Virus record (IMG/VR): IMGVR_UViG_3300033075_001055
DNA: 20,000 bases
Origin: an uncultured virus (IMG/VR IMGVR_UViG_3300033075_001055)
Taxonomy: Duplodnaviria > Heunggongvirae > Uroviricota > Caudoviricetes
Direction: 5' to 3' (one strand)
Every line of letters starts with the position of its first letter. The stretch's first letter is position 1. The translations under genes and the position numbers were made by a program. Shown piece by piece: positions 8,689 to 16,559 of the stretch. Under the pieces are notes generated by a model. The model ran no database searches, had not been told where the DNA came from, and saw only the letters and a program-made list of their open reading frames with translations.

Positions 8689-9206
8689 TACGTGAACCAC
8701 TTAAACTGGCCGCGCAAACTCGGGTCCGGCGGCGCACCTAGGCGCGCGGTCATGCCCAGCTTGTAATTGCGGCTGGACGTGGGGTGAATCTGAGTAGAAA
8801 GCGATTGCAGGCGCTTACCCAAATCAACTAGCGCTTTGCGACCGTTCTGGTAATCGTCCTCGACCAACTGCGGCATCGCTTGGTTTTGCGAACCAGTGAC
8901 CCAGATGTATTTTCTGAGCACTTTGCGACCCGCCGACAGCACGCCCGACCGATCCATTTCTGACCATGGAATCGGCGGCGGCGGAACGTTGCGGATCTGT
9001 TGGTTGAACCACAGCGCGTCGAAACTATCCAGGTTGAACGATAGACCTATGGCGGTCCGCACATCCCCATCGGTGTCACCTAGCACCTGTTCAAGCAGGA
9101 CGAGGTTGTAACCAGTACTTTGCGGAACTCGAAAATGTTCCCGCAGAGCATCCGGACCACCTACCGCGGACTCAGCATCCGCGGCTGTGAAGTAGTGGAG
9201 CGCCAT
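8688..9206 (-). CDS. Head-tail adaptor (Mu gp36/DUF1320-like)
   Basis: 172 aa; YFTAADAESAVGG...LEQVLGDTDGDVRTAIG...VEDDYQNGRKALVDLGK pattern; synteny. Confidence 0.75.
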   Translation of the reverse strand: MALHYFTAADAESAVGGPDALREHFRVPQSTGYNLVLLEQVLGDTDGDVRTAIGLSFNLDSFDALWFNQQIRNVPPPPIPWSEMDRSGVLSAGRKVLRKYIWVTGSQNQAMPQLVEDDYQNGRKALVDLGKRLQSLSTQIHPTSSRNYKLGMTARLGAPPDPSLRGQFKWFT

Positions 9207-9212
9207 GGTCTA

Positions 9213-9482
9213 TTACCGAGGCTTGCGCCCGTCCGCCCGCGGTTTGTCCTCGCTCGGCTTTTCGGGTTCTGGCGCCTTCACGGGCTCAGGCGGGGTCTTG
9301 AGCAGAGCCGCGCGAGCCTCTTCCAGTGCGACCCGCTGCGAGGCGACTTCTGCGCGCAAAGCTACACACGCGGAACACGGCGCGTCCGCCAGCCCGACCT
9401 CATACTCGATGATCGCAGGCGCATGCTCGGGAATCGGGAACCCCATTTTAACTGCGGTTTCCTTGCTGATATGCGTTCTCAT
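9213..9482 (-). CDS. Hypothetical protein (CxxC, short coiled coil, Pro/Glu/Lys tail)
   Basis: 89 aa, ATGA-coupled to the upstream gene, fills the gap before the adaptor. Confidence 0.65.
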   Translation of the reverse strand: MRTHISKETAVKMGFPIPEHAPAIIEYEVGLADAPCSACVALRAEVASQRVALEEARAALLKTPPEPVKAPEPEKPSEDKPRADGRKPR

Positions 9483-10345
9483 TCACTCACCAGAACGGCG
9501 ATTTGCCGGTCGTATGCTTCCTGCGTCAGGATGCCGGAAGCGAGTAGTTGCTGGAGGTTGCGCGCCCGCTGTTCAAGCGACGCAGCCGGCTTCGCGGCTT
9601 CGCGCCCGGTCGCAGGGTGCAACTGACCCCAGCGCGTGCGCAGGTCTGCGATTTCATCGGCGGTCGTTTGAGCAATCGCCGCTTTGCCGCGGTCGCCCAT
9701 GTTACGAGACATCGCCTCGCCCTGTTGCCGCAGCGCTTCGCAATGCGCCTCTAGGTCATCGGCGGTCATCTGCCCGAGCAACTTGTCGCGAGCCGCAGCG
9801 CTTTCGTTTTCGGTTACTTCGCGGATTTGCTCGATCGTGTGCCGCTGGAGTTCCTGGGCTTTTTGCAGGCGCTGTTCGTCTTCTAGGTACTCGGCCCGCG
9901 CCGCTTCCTCTGCCTTGCGTTGGGCTTCGGTCTGCATGCGCTTCGATGACATGGACTGATGCGCCCGCATGTCCTGAATCTGCTTCGTGACGTTCTGCGC
10001 TTCCGGCGATGCCATCTGGCGCTTGATGATTTCGTACTCCATCGGCGTGCACAGAACCGCGCGATGGGCCTGAAAAGTCATCTGAGTCAGGTTGTACGGC
10101 ACACCCGGAATCAGATGCGCAAGCACCTGTTCTCCGGCATTCTCAACGCGGTAGCCCATCGCTTTTGCGTTCGCGATGGCGCCCGTGTCGATGATGGCGC
10201 TGTACTGGCGATTTGGGCGCAGGTAGCACTTGACCATCTGTTTCGGGTCAACCAGGGACATGTCGACGTTGCGATCCAGCGTCCCCTCGAACCCTTCCAG
10301 TCCGTTGCCCTTTGCGCTGAAAATATCGTCTGCTGCTGCGTTCAT
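9479..10345 (-). CDS. Hypothetical coiled-coil protein with C-terminal SHOCT-like domain
   Basis: Start ATG 10345 (GAGGA RBS). C-terminus LEQRARNLQQLLASGILTQEAYDRQIAVL matches the SHOCT pattern. Confidence 0.75.
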   Translation of the reverse strand: MNAAADDIFSAKGNGLEGFEGTLDRNVDMSLVDPKQMVKCYLRPNRQYSAIIDTGAIANAKAMGYRVENAGEQVLAHLIPGVPYNLTQMTFQAHRAVLCTPMEYEIIKRQMASPEAQNVTKQIQDMRAHQSMSSKRMQTEAQRKAEEAARAEYLEDEQRLQKAQELQRHTIEQIREVTENESAAARDKLLGQMTADDLEAHCEALRQQGEAMSRNMGDRGKAAIAQTTADEIADLRTRWGQLHPATGREAAKPAASLEQRARNLQQLLASGILTQEAYDRQIAVLVSE

Positions 10346-10372
10346 TTGGATTCCTCGGTCCAAAGGTTTGCG

Positions 10373-10401
10373 CGGTGGCGAAGCCTCGACTCTTCGCCCC
10401 G
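10373..10401 (-). terminator. Hairpin after the major capsid gene
   Basis: CGG-GGCGAAG-AGTCGAGG-CTTCGCC-A-CCG on the minus strand, 8 nt after the MCP stop; no immediate U-tract. Confidence 0.5.
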
Positions 10402-10409
10402 TTTGCTAC

Positions 10410-11432
10410 TTACGACGACAGCATGCCGCGGAATCGCGCCAGCGCCGGGTTGACGGCATTGAACGCGACGAAAGCCGCAGTCGGCTCCTCGACCAGGAAG
10501 TGGACGAAGGCAGAGACCTGCACGACTTCGGCAAACCGCGGCGTACGGAACTCGGGGTACCGCAGAGACACGATCGGTTCGGAGTCCGACCCGCCCATGA
10601 AGTACATATGACCGAACGAGTTGTCAGACCGCGACGGACCGCCACCGGTCAGAATCAGCACGTCCGGACCACCAAAGTACCGCTTGCTACCCAGCCCAGA
10701 CAGACCCGGAGCTTTATAGATGCCGTACTCGTCGATGTAAATCGTGCCCGGCTCGACGTGCAAGAACTCCTCGACCAGTTTCGGCGTGACGGCGCGGAAC
10801 GTGGTCACATCCATACGCCCGATGGTCGTCGGATGTTGTTGTAGTTCCTGCCACACGGGCGAAGTCATGTAAATCTTGTGGATCGGGCGGTTCGACTCCT
10901 CGCGAACGAAACGCGTCCAGGTCAGCAAGTCGTCCAGTGGATTCGCGTCCGGGCTCGTGCGGTTGCTCCACTGCTGCGCCGCGGGAACGGTCGTGTTAAA
11001 CGTCATCAGAGCCGCATTGCGCAGCGTCTGATTGATGGCGGCATACTCCAGCCGCAGCCGCAGCCGGTCATAGACGTACTGCCCCTGACGCGCCGCAAAG
11101 TCGAAAATCTCGTCGGCGGTGTCCTTGGTGACGTTCGGAATCAGTGCTTCAAGCCCGAACGCTTGCAGATTGTACGTCAGCGGCGAACGAACGTTAAAGC
11201 TCACGCGGTCGAGCAGCCCATCGTCGCCGATGTCCGCTTCGTGCATGGTGATGGACGTGTCATTGTCGATGCGAGCGATCAGATCGCTCAGTTTCTCGAC
11301 AGGCACGCCAGACCACAGAACCGAGTGCGCGAACGTGTTGGGACTGCCGCGATCCTTCAGAAGGTACGTCAGCAGTTTGTCAACGTGCAGACCGCGGGCA
11401 GCGCCGCGGGTCGTTTGAAAAAGGGTACTCAT
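10410..11432 (-). CDS. Major capsid protein (HK97 fold, phage capsid E-like)
   Basis: 340 aa; LHVDKLLT...FAHSVLWSGVPVEK, RLRLRLEY, QQWSN..SPDANPLDDL, VWQELQQHP motifs; strong TAAGGAG RBS. Confidence 0.9.
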   Translation of the reverse strand: MSTLFQTTRGAARGLHVDKLLTYLLKDRGSPNTFAHSVLWSGVPVEKLSDLIARIDNDTSITMHEADIGDDGLLDRVSFNVRSPLTYNLQAFGLEALIPNVTKDTADEIFDFAARQGQYVYDRLRLRLEYAAINQTLRNAALMTFNTTVPAAQQWSNRTSPDANPLDDLLTWTRFVREESNRPIHKIYMTSPVWQELQQHPTTIGRMDVTTFRAVTPKLVEEFLHVEPGTIYIDEYGIYKAPGLSGLGSKRYFGGPDVLILTGGGPSRSDNSFGHMYFMGGSDSEPIVSLRYPEFRTPRFAEVVQVSAFVHFLVEEPTAAFVAFNAVNPALARFRGMLSS

Positions 11433-11444
11433 AGACTCGGCTCC

Positions 11445-12350
11445 TTACTGAACCTGGAAGTTGACCGTGCTGTGTTCGGCGGTGCCAACGCCAGTCGCCA
11501 GTGCCACAGCCTTGATAACCAGCACATCGCCCGCCGCCATGCTGAACTTGTCAGACCCGGCAGCCGGGACGCCTTCGGTATCGGTACCGGTGATATCGAT
11601 CGTGACGGAAGCAGCGGCGGCATTTGCAGCGGCGGCGGTTGCGCCCTTCTTCCACTGATACTGCACGCCCTTGTTCGCACCCGGGGCAACGGCGAGTTCC
11701 GCACCCTTGACCGTGACAACCGACGCAGCAGATGCGCGGTAGACAACCGGCGTGTTCAGTGCGGCGGCGGGGTTGGTGTGCAGACCCGAGATGGGCAGGA
11801 AACGGCCATCCACAACCGCGTCCGTGGCATCGCAAGTAATCGGGCTGCCGGCAATGCTCTTGCCTGCCATGCCGACCATCAGGTCCGCCTGGATGTACTG
11901 TTCGCTAGCCGACGACGCTGGGTACTGAATCGCGCGGGCAACCGGTGGAATCAGCGAACCCAGCGGACGGCTGATCACGCAACCGGGAACTGCCGGATCG
12001 GGAATCAAGAACGGATTCGCAGCCGTCACGGTCTGGTTTGGCGAAAGAATCAGCGGAACGTGCCCGAAACCGGACGCGATCGTGATTCCATTGACGCCCG
12101 TTTCATCAACGGGAATGAACGTGGAAAGGCTCGGCTCCGCCGGACCCTTGACGTTCACGCCAATCAGATCGCCGGGGGCAATGCCGCCGATGGTCTCGCC
12201 ATTGACCACGACATCGGACGAGCCGGCATTGGTCAGCAGCGAGATAGCCACCAGCGAACCGAATCGCATGTTAGACGATTTGTTGCTCGCGCCCCAGATC
12301 CACGGAACACGCGAGCCACGGTTAAACGCTTCAACGATAGGGACACCCAT
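11445..12350 (-). CDS. Head decoration/cement protein with an extra C-terminal beta-sandwich
   Basis: 301 aa between scaffold and MCP; strong TAAGGAG RBS; N-terminal half resembles DUF2190-type cement proteins. Confidence 0.6.
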   Translation of the reverse strand: MGVPIVEAFNRGSRVPWIWGASNKSSNMRFGSLVAISLLTNAGSSDVVVNGETIGGIAPGDLIGVNVKGPAEPSLSTFIPVDETGVNGITIASGFGHVPLILSPNQTVTAANPFLIPDPAVPGCVISRPLGSLIPPVARAIQYPASSASEQYIQADLMVGMAGKSIAGSPITCDATDAVVDGRFLPISGLHTNPAAALNTPVVYRASAASVVTVKGAELAVAPGANKGVQYQWKKGATAAAANAAAASVTIDITGTDTEGVPAAGSDKFSMAAGDVLVIKAVALATGVGTAEHSTVNFQVQ

Positions 12351-12363
12351 GGTCGTCGGCTCC

Positions 12364-13797
12364 TTAGCTCATCAGGGCGGCGAATTTCTCACCGCGGTAG
12401 GCAGCGCCCAAATCTGGACGCTCCATGCAAATCGTGCGCGCCATCTTGTGCGCGGGTTCGTTCGGGTTGGTCTTCTTGCGCTCAACAATCAGGCGCAAAA
12501 TCTCTTCGCCAGCGGTCTCGGCTTCCATCTGCACAGTTCCGCCGCGCTCGAAGTTCACAGACAGCCCGTTGTGCGTCAAACGCTGCGACATAGCCGCCTT
12601 GGTGACGTAGGTTCCTTCCGGCGCCAGGGCATCGCGAAAATCAGCTTCGCCGTTCTTTTCGTAGCGAGCCTGGAAGCGCTTGCAGGCGGCTTCATCGGTC
12701 TCACCCTTGCGCGGAACAATGCAGCCGGCTTCGAACGCGCGAGCCACAGCCACTTGTGCATCGGACTTGCGGCGCGCGGTCTGGATGTCGTTCAACTGAC
12801 GCTCCATCTCGACGCGAGCGGCGCGCTCCCTTTGCAGTTCCTGCGCCACAGCTGCAACCGCTTCCCGGTTCGCGCGCTCCATGATCACGTTGGCTTGCGG
12901 CGGATTGTCCACTCGCGTCGGTGCGCCCGGAATCACGATCGGATCCTGACCCATCGCGACTTTGTTGTCCTTGTCCGGCTCGGGGTGCGACTGCGACTTG
13001 TCTTTGTCCGCGTCGCCGGCTTCCATGTGGCGCTCGAACTTGGTGATCGCGTCTTCCGGCTTGTCTTCCATGGTCACACCGGCAGCGGCCATCGCCCGCT
13101 TGCCGAAGTGCTCATAGATTTTGGTCAACTGCGCGGCGGCATCTTCGTCTTCCATGCAGCCCGCTTCCATCCGGTGCTTGCTCATCTTGATCTTGGTCAT
13201 CATCGAACCTCGCTCGTACTTGATTTCACAGCCGTCGAGAAACGGCTTATCGGTCCAGGCCAAGCCCTGCGCCAATGGTCCGATGGGGTTGTTATGCTGA
13301 TCGGTCGCGTCCGTCAGAAATTCCGGGGACGTGCGCCGGACAAGTTTCTTTTCCCAGAGACTGCGCCCGAGGTCGGTCAATTCGCACCGATAGACGTAAT
13401 TGCCATCGTCAGGCGGGTCCCCGTTGTCTGGGCGAGGAAGATCGGCTTCCGTAGGAGGCTGCACACTAGGGTCATGGCTGCCGACTTCTACGACCTTGCC
13501 GCCCTTCCACGTAACCATCACGCTGTATTCGGCGGTCTTGAACTGCGCCTTATCAAACGCTTTGTCGTGGTGTCCAAGCGTGCAGGGTAGGTTGTCCTTT
13601 TGCGCGCCGAACGTCCGCGTAATCCGTCGACAGTTCTCTTCGTTGAGCAAAGATTTTTGCTCGAACGGTTCACCGTCGGGCCCTATCACCATTTTGATGT
13701 AGGGCTCTTCGCTCATCACGCACCATTGATCCCAGACCCCGGTCGGTCCGGATGCGTTAGGCGCGCCCGCGGTAGGCGATGTGGGCAGTGGCGGCAT
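12364..13797 (-). CDS. Prohead protease-scaffold fusion (Mu gpI-like)
   Basis: Start ATG 13797 (TAATG overlap), 477 aa. LPCTLGH, CELTDLGRSLWEKKLVRRTSPEF and GLAWTDKPFLDG motifs, followed by a charged helical scaffold region. Confidence 0.85.
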   Translation of the reverse strand: MPPLPTSPTAGAPNASGPTGVWDQWCVMSEEPYIKMVIGPDGEPFEQKSLLNEENCRRITRTFGAQKDNLPCTLGHHDKAFDKAQFKTAEYSVMVTWKGGKVVEVGSHDPSVQPPTEADLPRPDNGDPPDDGNYVYRCELTDLGRSLWEKKLVRRTSPEFLTDATDQHNNPIGPLAQGLAWTDKPFLDGCEIKYERGSMMTKIKMSKHRMEAGCMEDEDAAAQLTKIYEHFGKRAMAAAGVTMEDKPEDAITKFERHMEAGDADKDKSQSHPEPDKDNKVAMGQDPIVIPGAPTRVDNPPQANVIMERANREAVAAVAQELQRERAARVEMERQLNDIQTARRKSDAQVAVARAFEAGCIVPRKGETDEAACKRFQARYEKNGEADFRDALAPEGTYVTKAAMSQRLTHNGLSVNFERGGTVQMEAETAGEEILRLIVERKKTNPNEPAHKMARTICMERPDLGAAYRGEKFAALMS

Positions 13798-14732
13798 TAG
13801 CTCGCGACTGCCTCCGTGAGATCGATCAAAACGGTGGTTTGCCCGCCAATGCGATTGCGAATTCGCAACGCACCGCCGCTGGCAAACACACACAATTTGG
13901 TCGGCGTATCAGCAGCATCCAGGGTTGTGAACGTCAGCCCGTTCAAACTCGTCGCTGCGTTGTCGGCAAAACTGAAAGATCCACCGGTCGCCGCGGTCGG
14001 TCCAACTGTTGTCACCGTTCCGTGACCGCCTTTAGTAATGGCGATGTCCACGAATGCTTGATCCGCCAGCGTGACGGCGCCAAACCATCGGCGAACGTGA
14101 GCAGTGCCGCTAGTCGAAGCGTTCTTTTCTGACAGCAGATCACTGGTGTCAAATTGCAGACCGGCCGCCTGCCCGCTGATCGCGTACGCCTTCACTTTGC
14201 CGCTAACCGCAGTCGGAGTCGCGGCCGTGGTTAGAATCAGGTTCGTAGCACCGACCGTGCTGGGAGTCGCGCCAATCGGACCCGGCGCCGACAGCAGATC
14301 GTCCGTGCCGCCAGCCCGATGCGTGGGCGCGTGCGCGGTCAGACTTCCGCTGGACGATGCGCCCTGGTGCCAATACCAGTATGTGCCCATCCACTCAAGC
14401 GCGGCTGAGCCCCAATTCTGGTTGATGACAATGGACGCGGCGCCGTTGATGAGTGCGCCCGTGCCTGTAATCGTGATGTTGTTCGTAGCCGCGTCGCCCG
14501 TGCCGTCGAAAATGCGCAGAAAGCGCGAACCGGGAATTGTGCTCAGACCAGACGCGGCAGGCAGAGCGATCGTGCTCGGACCGGCAGGCGAACGTTGCAC
14601 GACCAGCGTGTAATCGGAGTCTTGCACAGTCAGGTCATCGGACGTGACCACGACCCGCGCGCCGGTCTGAAGTAATCCAGCGGTAAACAGGAGTTGCGCT
14701 TGGTAATCGAGTACTGCGTTAGTGCCCGGCAT
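13797..14732 (-). CDS. Fibre/spike-like structural protein
   Basis: 311 aa, Thr/Ala/Gly-rich. TIALPAA...IFDGTGDAATNNITI...INGAASIVINQNWGS...W domain; HAPTHRAGGTD motif; C-terminal DTPTKLCVF...RIRNRIG. Confidence 0.7.
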   Translation of the reverse strand: MPGTNAVLDYQAQLLFTAGLLQTGARVVVTSDDLTVQDSDYTLVVQRSPAGPSTIALPAASGLSTIPGSRFLRIFDGTGDAATNNITITGTGALINGAASIVINQNWGSAALEWMGTYWYWHQGASSSGSLTAHAPTHRAGGTDDLLSAPGPIGATPSTVGATNLILTTAATPTAVSGKVKAYAISGQAAGLQFDTSDLLSEKNASTSGTAHVRRWFGAVTLADQAFVDIAITKGGHGTVTTVGPTAATGGSFSFADNAATSLNGLTFTTLDAADTPTKLCVFASGGALRIRNRIGGQTTVLIDLTEAVAS

Positions 14733-16170
14733 TTTTTGCCTCCGCGCCCTTCGACGCTGGTTCTTCTTTTGGTGGACCCACTGCGCCGGGTCCCGCTAGG
14801 ACGTTGCCCAGCACGGCATCGCCGGCTTTCACTGATTGCGTAGCGCCCGGTATCCGATCGTCCCCGTCAGCAATCTTGCGCCCGGTTCGCTGACTGATTT
14901 CTTGAATGCTCGCCGGGAAACCAATAGACGCGAGCTGGACGTATTCGCCGATGATTTCAGTCGTGGTTGGCGCCGGGCTCGAAGTCTTCCAACCAAACAC
15001 GCCGCTACAATTCTCAAGATGCTCAGGGGAGCAACCGAACGCGCGGCAGAGGTTGTCTTTGTTGAATCGCAGCGACGGTCGCAGCGTTCCCTTACTGATG
15101 GACGTTGCCAGCTGCGTGCCATCGGGAACGCGATAGATATGCGCCGTCGTCGCGTGTTCCTTGGATGCGCCGTATGAGCCGGTACCCTCGCCCTGTGTTT
15201 GGGCAAGTAGCGAACCGGTAATCAGCACCGACAGGTCATCCTTCGCCATCTGGATAACCTTCGGGTGAATTTCGTCGGCGCCTTTCACTTCCCCGAGCGG
15301 CTTAACTTCCATTTCGTTAAGCCAAATCGGAATCTTGCCCTGACCCCAATTCGTGATCGCTTCGTCGAGAATTGAGCGCTCTTCGTCCTGGTCTAGAATT
15401 TCCTTTTCGACGAACACTCCGATTTGTGGAATTCCATACAGGTGCATGTAGATGAGCAGGTCTGCCCATCCTTGCTGTAGCGCGTACTCGATCCAGATAC
15501 CGGCAGTCATCCAACCGCGACGTTCTGTGATCCCATCGCCTAGGCAGCGATGAAACAGAATCTTCCCGTCTGGCCAGTGCAGAACGCCTTCGCCTTCGTT
15601 GCTGTATAGCCCGGGCTGGTCGCCGTCCAGGGTGAAGCGAAAGCACTTCTGATGAATCGCTTCCATGGACACGGGAACGAACGAGGGAACGGCGTAGTCT
15701 TTGCCCTCGCAGCGGAACCTGATCACGCGCTCTTCCCAGAACTGTTCTGCGCCTGCGTACCCGTAGGCACTCGCAGACAGCAACTGATAAACCGCGTCCG
15801 GCCAGATGTCCCGCATAGAGGTCTGGTTCAGGATCGCGGTCTGCCACGCACTAACGAGTTTCGCCGTGGGGTCGTCTTCGAATTCTCGCGGGGGATCGAT
15901 GCGCCATGGGCTCGTATCGTTGACCGCCCACGCGCGCCGGAAGTGCATGCACGCTTGAATGTGGCTGTTGCGCTCTATGACCTGTTCACAGAGGTCAGCC
16001 CAGCGCCACGGAAGACCCGCGTGCGCTTCTTTGCGATAGCGTACGATGAGTTCCGGGGTCAGCCCTTCGCCTGGGTACGTGCTCCAACGCGCGGGCGTGG
16101 GACCGATGCCAAGACCGATCCGACGCTTGAGCGCATCGAACGCCATAAGCGCCCGCTGTTGCCTGCCCAT
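14719..16170 (-). CDS. Portal protein (Mu gp29/DUF935 family); start uncertain (16146, 16170 or GTG 16266)
   Basis: EGLTPE...AG...DLCEQVIERNSHI...RR, YGYAGAEQFW, LYGIP, LITGSLL...GSYGASKEH motifs. Confidence 0.9.
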   Translation of the reverse strand: MGRQQRALMAFDALKRRIGLGIGPTPARWSTYPGEGLTPELIVRYRKEAHAGLPWRWADLCEQVIERNSHIQACMHFRRAWAVNDTSPWRIDPPREFEDDPTAKLVSAWQTAILNQTSMRDIWPDAVYQLLSASAYGYAGAEQFWEERVIRFRCEGKDYAVPSFVPVSMEAIHQKCFRFTLDGDQPGLYSNEGEGVLHWPDGKILFHRCLGDGITERRGWMTAGIWIEYALQQGWADLLIYMHLYGIPQIGVFVEKEILDQDEERSILDEAITNWGQGKIPIWLNEMEVKPLGEVKGADEIHPKVIQMAKDDLSVLITGSLLAQTQGEGTGSYGASKEHATTAHIYRVPDGTQLATSISKGTLRPSLRFNKDNLCRAFGCSPEHLENCSGVFGWKTSSPAPTTTEIIGEYVQLASIGFPASIQEISQRTGRKIADGDDRIPGATQSVKAGDAVLGNVLAGPGAVGPPKEEPASKGAEAKNAGH

Positions 16171-16255
16171 GGACAGACCAGGAACACGCGCAGGCGGACC
16201 GAACCCCGAAAGGGGCGCGGGCGGTCCCGGCGGAAATCCTGGCGTTATTCCCGGG

Positions 16256-16272
16256 CTGGCATGCACATTGCA
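16256..16272 (+). promoter_or_regulatory. Sigma-54 -24/-12 motif 1
   Basis: CTGGCATGCACATTGCA; GG-N10-GC spacing; consensus YTGGCACGRNNNTTGCW. Confidence 0.7.
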
Positions 16273-16296
16273 TTGATACCAAGCGATCGGAACCAA

Positions 16297-16312
16297 TGCA
16301 AGCACTGTGCCG
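16297..16312 (-). promoter_or_regulatory. Sigma-54 -24/-12 motif 2 (points to the portal operon)
   Basis: CGGCACAGTGCTTGCA; GG-N10-GC spacing. Confidence 0.7.
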
Positions 16313-16317
16313 TACTT

Positions 16318-16334
16318 TTGGCACGAAAAGTGCT
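16318..16334 (+). promoter_or_regulatory. Sigma-54 -24/-12 motif 3 (points to terminase)
   Basis: TTGGCACGAAAAGTGCT; one mismatch to consensus. Confidence 0.7.
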
Positions 16335-16352
16335 TTTCCCGTCGCTAACCGC

Positions 16353-16381
16353 TTGACACATTTTTTTGCACGGGCTAAGCA
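16353..16381 (+). promoter_or_regulatory. Possible sigma-70 promoter towards terminase
   Basis: Perfect TTGACA at 16353-16358, but only a weak -10 (TAAGCA) at 17-bp spacing, overlapped by sigma-54 motif 4. Confidence 0.25.
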
Positions 16382-16393
16382 AGTGACATGCCA
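16378..16393 (-). promoter_or_regulatory. Sigma-54 -24/-12 motif 4
   Basis: TGGCATGTCACTTGCT; GG-N10-GC spacing. Confidence 0.7.
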
Positions 16394-16481
16394 TCAGGTT
16401 CAAGTCACAGGCAAGCCAAGAGCGACCGAGGCAGACAGGACGCGGAGGCGCGCGAACTCGTGCCGATTCGACTGTCTAACT

Positions 16482-16497
16482 TGCAAGAGTCAGACCG
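16482..16497 (-). promoter_or_regulatory. Degenerate sigma-54 motif 5
   Basis: CGGTCTGACTCTTGCA; GG and TTGCA correctly spaced but the -24 box is poor. Confidence 0.3.
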
Positions 16498-16517
16498 CGC
16501 ATTTGTCGAAGCATCTT

Positions 16518-16533
16518 TGCAAGCTCTGTGCCG
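16518..16533 (-). promoter_or_regulatory. Sigma-54 -24/-12 motif 6
   Basis: CGGCACAGAGCTTGCA; 15/16 identical to motif 2. Confidence 0.7.
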
Positions 16534-16559
16534 CGGGGAACTCGGGAACCCTGACCTAT

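Noticed and set aside
10878..13590. Long plus-strand ORFs of 571 aa (10878-12593) and 502 aa (12082-13590)
   Set aside because: Antisense shadows of the capsid, decoration and protease genes in GC-rich DNA; Arg/His-rich with no recognisable motif.
13798..13893. ORF-track N-terminal extensions of the protease (13893), portal (16305), sheath (6668) and gpG-like (8700) genes
   Set aside because: Downstream ATGs with TAATG coupling or SD sequences fit better; the 16305 portal start lies inside sigma-54 motif 2.
16268..16335. Inverted repeats TTGCATTG/CAATGCAA and AAGCACT-GTGCC/GGCAC-AGTGCTT as terminators or ncRNA
   Set aside because: Largely explained by oppositely oriented copies of the sigma-54 motif.
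16449..16466. Additional sigma-54-like site CGGCACGAGTTCGC (minus strand)
   Set aside because: GG-GC spacing is 9 or 11, not the obligatory 10.
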